NCBI GenBank assembly: GCA_003559765.1
Contig: PWKH01000084.1
Coordinates: forward strand, 580-64,579
Length of the DNA: 64,000 nucleotides
Reading direction: 5' to 3'
Source: Spirochaetaceae bacterium
GTDB lineage: Bacteria; Spirochaetota; Spirochaetia; PWKH01
The stretch's first letter is position 1, and every line of letters begins with the position of its first letter. The notes under the pieces are model-generated. The model was given only the letters and a program-made list of their open reading frames with translations. It was not told the DNA's origin and did no database searches. Below, piece by piece: positions 62,851 through 64,000 of this stretch. Position numbers and translations under genes: made by a program.

Positions 62851-64000
62851 ATGATTGAACTTACCCCCCAGTTTTATTCAGTTTCCAGAATCACCTCCCA
62901 GATCAAAGGTCACCTTGAATCTCAGTTCGGCGACGTAGGTATTGAAGGGGAGATATCCAATTTCCGCCCTTCAGCGGCGGGGCACTGGTACTTCACCCTG
63001 AAGGACGAGCATGCCGCAATATCGGCGGTGATGTTCAAGGGACGCACCTTCCGGGTCCGGTTCACTCCGAAGGACGGAATGAACGTCCGGGTGATCGGGA
63101 CGGTCTCGGTGTATGAAAAACGGGGAGTCTACCAGATCATCTGCGAGGCCATGGATCAAGCCGGCGCCGGGGATATCCTCCTCAGACTTGAGGAGCTTAA
63201 ACGCCGCCTTCAGGAGGAGGGACTGTTCGACCCTCAGCGCAAGCAGCCGATCCCGAAACTTCCGAAGACCGTCGGAGTGATCACCTCCTCCACCGGTGCG
63301 GCGCTCCGGGATATACTCAACGTCCTCTCCCGCCGCAACAGCGGGATTCATGTTGTGATCTATCCTGCCCTCGTGCAGGGGGACGGCGCCGCCGAGGAGA
63401 TCGCCCGGCAGATTGAAACAGCCAACCGGCTTGCCCATGCAGACGTGCTGATCGTCGGCAGAGGGGGCGGCTCCCTGGAAGACCTGCTTCCCTTCTCAGA
63501 TGAACGGGCGGTCCGCGCCGTTGCCGCCTCATCCATTCCGGTCATCAGTGCCGTCGGGCATGAAGTGGACTGGGCCCTCAGCGACTTTACCGCAGACCTC
63601 AGGGCGGCTACCCCCTCGGCCGCCGCAGAGCTGGTCAGTGCGACCCGGGAGGAGCTTGCCCTTTCCGTCACCCAACTGCGCCGCTCCCTGGCGGAGCTGA
63701 TATCCTCCAGAATTGAACGCACCCGGCTGCTGCTGCAGCGGTATTCCCCTGAGGATATCCGGGAGCGGTTCACCCAGTTCATCACCCCCCGGAGGCTGGA
63801 GGCCGATGAGCTTGCCAGAGAGATTCAGCTGCAGATGCATCAGCAGCTCCAGGACAGGCGCTACCGGATTTCGCTGGCTCAGCGGGAACTGCATGCCCGG
63901 TCTCCCCAGGCAATGCTGGAGCGGGGGTTCAGCGTGGTCACCCGGAGGGACACCGGGGAGACGGTCACGGACGCCCAGTCATGCAGCGCCGAAGACCTGG
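62851..64000 (+). CDS. xseA: Exodeoxyribonuclease VII large subunit (5' portion; runs off the window)
   Basis: Not in the ORF track because there is no stop inside the window. My translation from ATG 62851 is MIELTPQFYSVSRITSQIKGHLESQFGDVGIEGEISNFRPSAAGHWYFTLKDEHAAISAVMFKG..., followed by GVITSSTGAALRDI and VGRGGGSLEDL, all typical of XseA. Confidence 0.9.
   Translation, partial: MIELTPQFYSVSRITSQIKGHLESQFGDVGIEGEISNFRPSAAGHWYFTLKDEHAAISAVMFKGRTFRVRFTPKDGMNVRVIGTVSVYEKRGVYQIICEAMDQAGAGDILLRLEELKRRLQEEGLFDPQRKQPIPKLPKTVGVITSSTGAALRDILNVLSRRNSGIHVVIYPALVQGDGAAEEIARQIETANRLAHADVLIVGRGGGSLEDLLPFSDERAVRAVAASSIPVISAVGHEVDWALSDFTADLRAATPSAAAELVSATREELALSVTQLRRSLAELISSRIERTRLLLQRYSPEDIRERFTQFITPRRLEADELAREIQLQMHQQLQDRRYRISLAQRELHARSPQAMLERGFSVVTRRDTGETVTDAQSCSAEDL

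Noticed and set aside
1-64000. Search for CRISPR arrays, IS elements, integrases, phage genes, toxin-antitoxin pairs and rRNA operons.
   Set aside because: I found no repeat-spacer periodicity, no transposase, integrase or phage-like translations, no small adjacent TA-like gene pairs and no rRNA-like sequence. The window looks like core chromosome.

Overview
Gene-dense, GC-rich chromosomal segment that is almost entirely housekeeping. I call about 60 protein genes plus two tentative small ORFs and one tRNA-Gln. I saw no rRNA, CRISPR array, transposase, integrase or phage genes. Most long ORFs opposite or out of frame with the called genes look like shadow ORFs of GC-rich coding DNA.

Gene content in window order:
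- Translation and cell-envelope block on the minus strand: lepA, ftsH, tilS, pth, rplY, tRNA-Gln, spoVG, ispE.
- obg-nadD-yqeK-lipoprotein-rsfS, then rplU-rpmA, argS, an MtaB/MiaB-type enzyme and tyrA.
- pta, rsmA, comEC and a phosphohexomutase.
- A complete phosphate module: pstSCAB, a Fic-like gene and a Na/Pi cotransporter, convergent with phoBR.
- A UvrD/PcrA helicase and a GNAT acetyltransferase.
- A nitrogen module: a GAF-AAA+-HTH sigma-54 activator, amt-glnK and a type III glutamine synthetase.
- An aldo/keto reductase and an Opp/Dpp-type ABC operon.
- A lysine (DapL-route) cluster: dapB, dapA, dapL, lysA.
- topB and a DUF2075 ATPase.
- A Sir2 deacetylase, a betaine-type ABC transporter, a ferredoxin and the start of xseA.

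Gene content (DapL pathway, GS type III, SpoVG) is reminiscent of spirochaetes. That is unverified inference.

Most interesting observations:
1. Two perfect sigma-54 promoters (amt-glnK and glnN) are each preceded by the same tandem pair of 16-bp CCTACA-N4-TGTAGG palindromes at superimposable distances. A fifth copy abuts the start of the adjacent activator gene. This suggests a self-contained one-component nitrogen regulon.
2. A shared 29-bp element of three 11-bp-phased CTCACAT-type repeats lies upstream of both pstS and phoBR (candidate Pho box).
3. A Fic-fold protein with a degenerate active-site motif sits inside the pst operon.
4. The topB homologue appears to lack about 100 residues right after the catalytic tyrosine. 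It sits next to a PD-(D/E)xK plus P-loop DUF2075 protein.
5. An 88-aa protein is 51 percent Asp/Glu and carries an internal repeat.
6. Two unlisted small membrane ORFs are present.

I found no clear novel multi-gene accessory system. All functional calls come from reading the translated sequences and have not been checked against any database.
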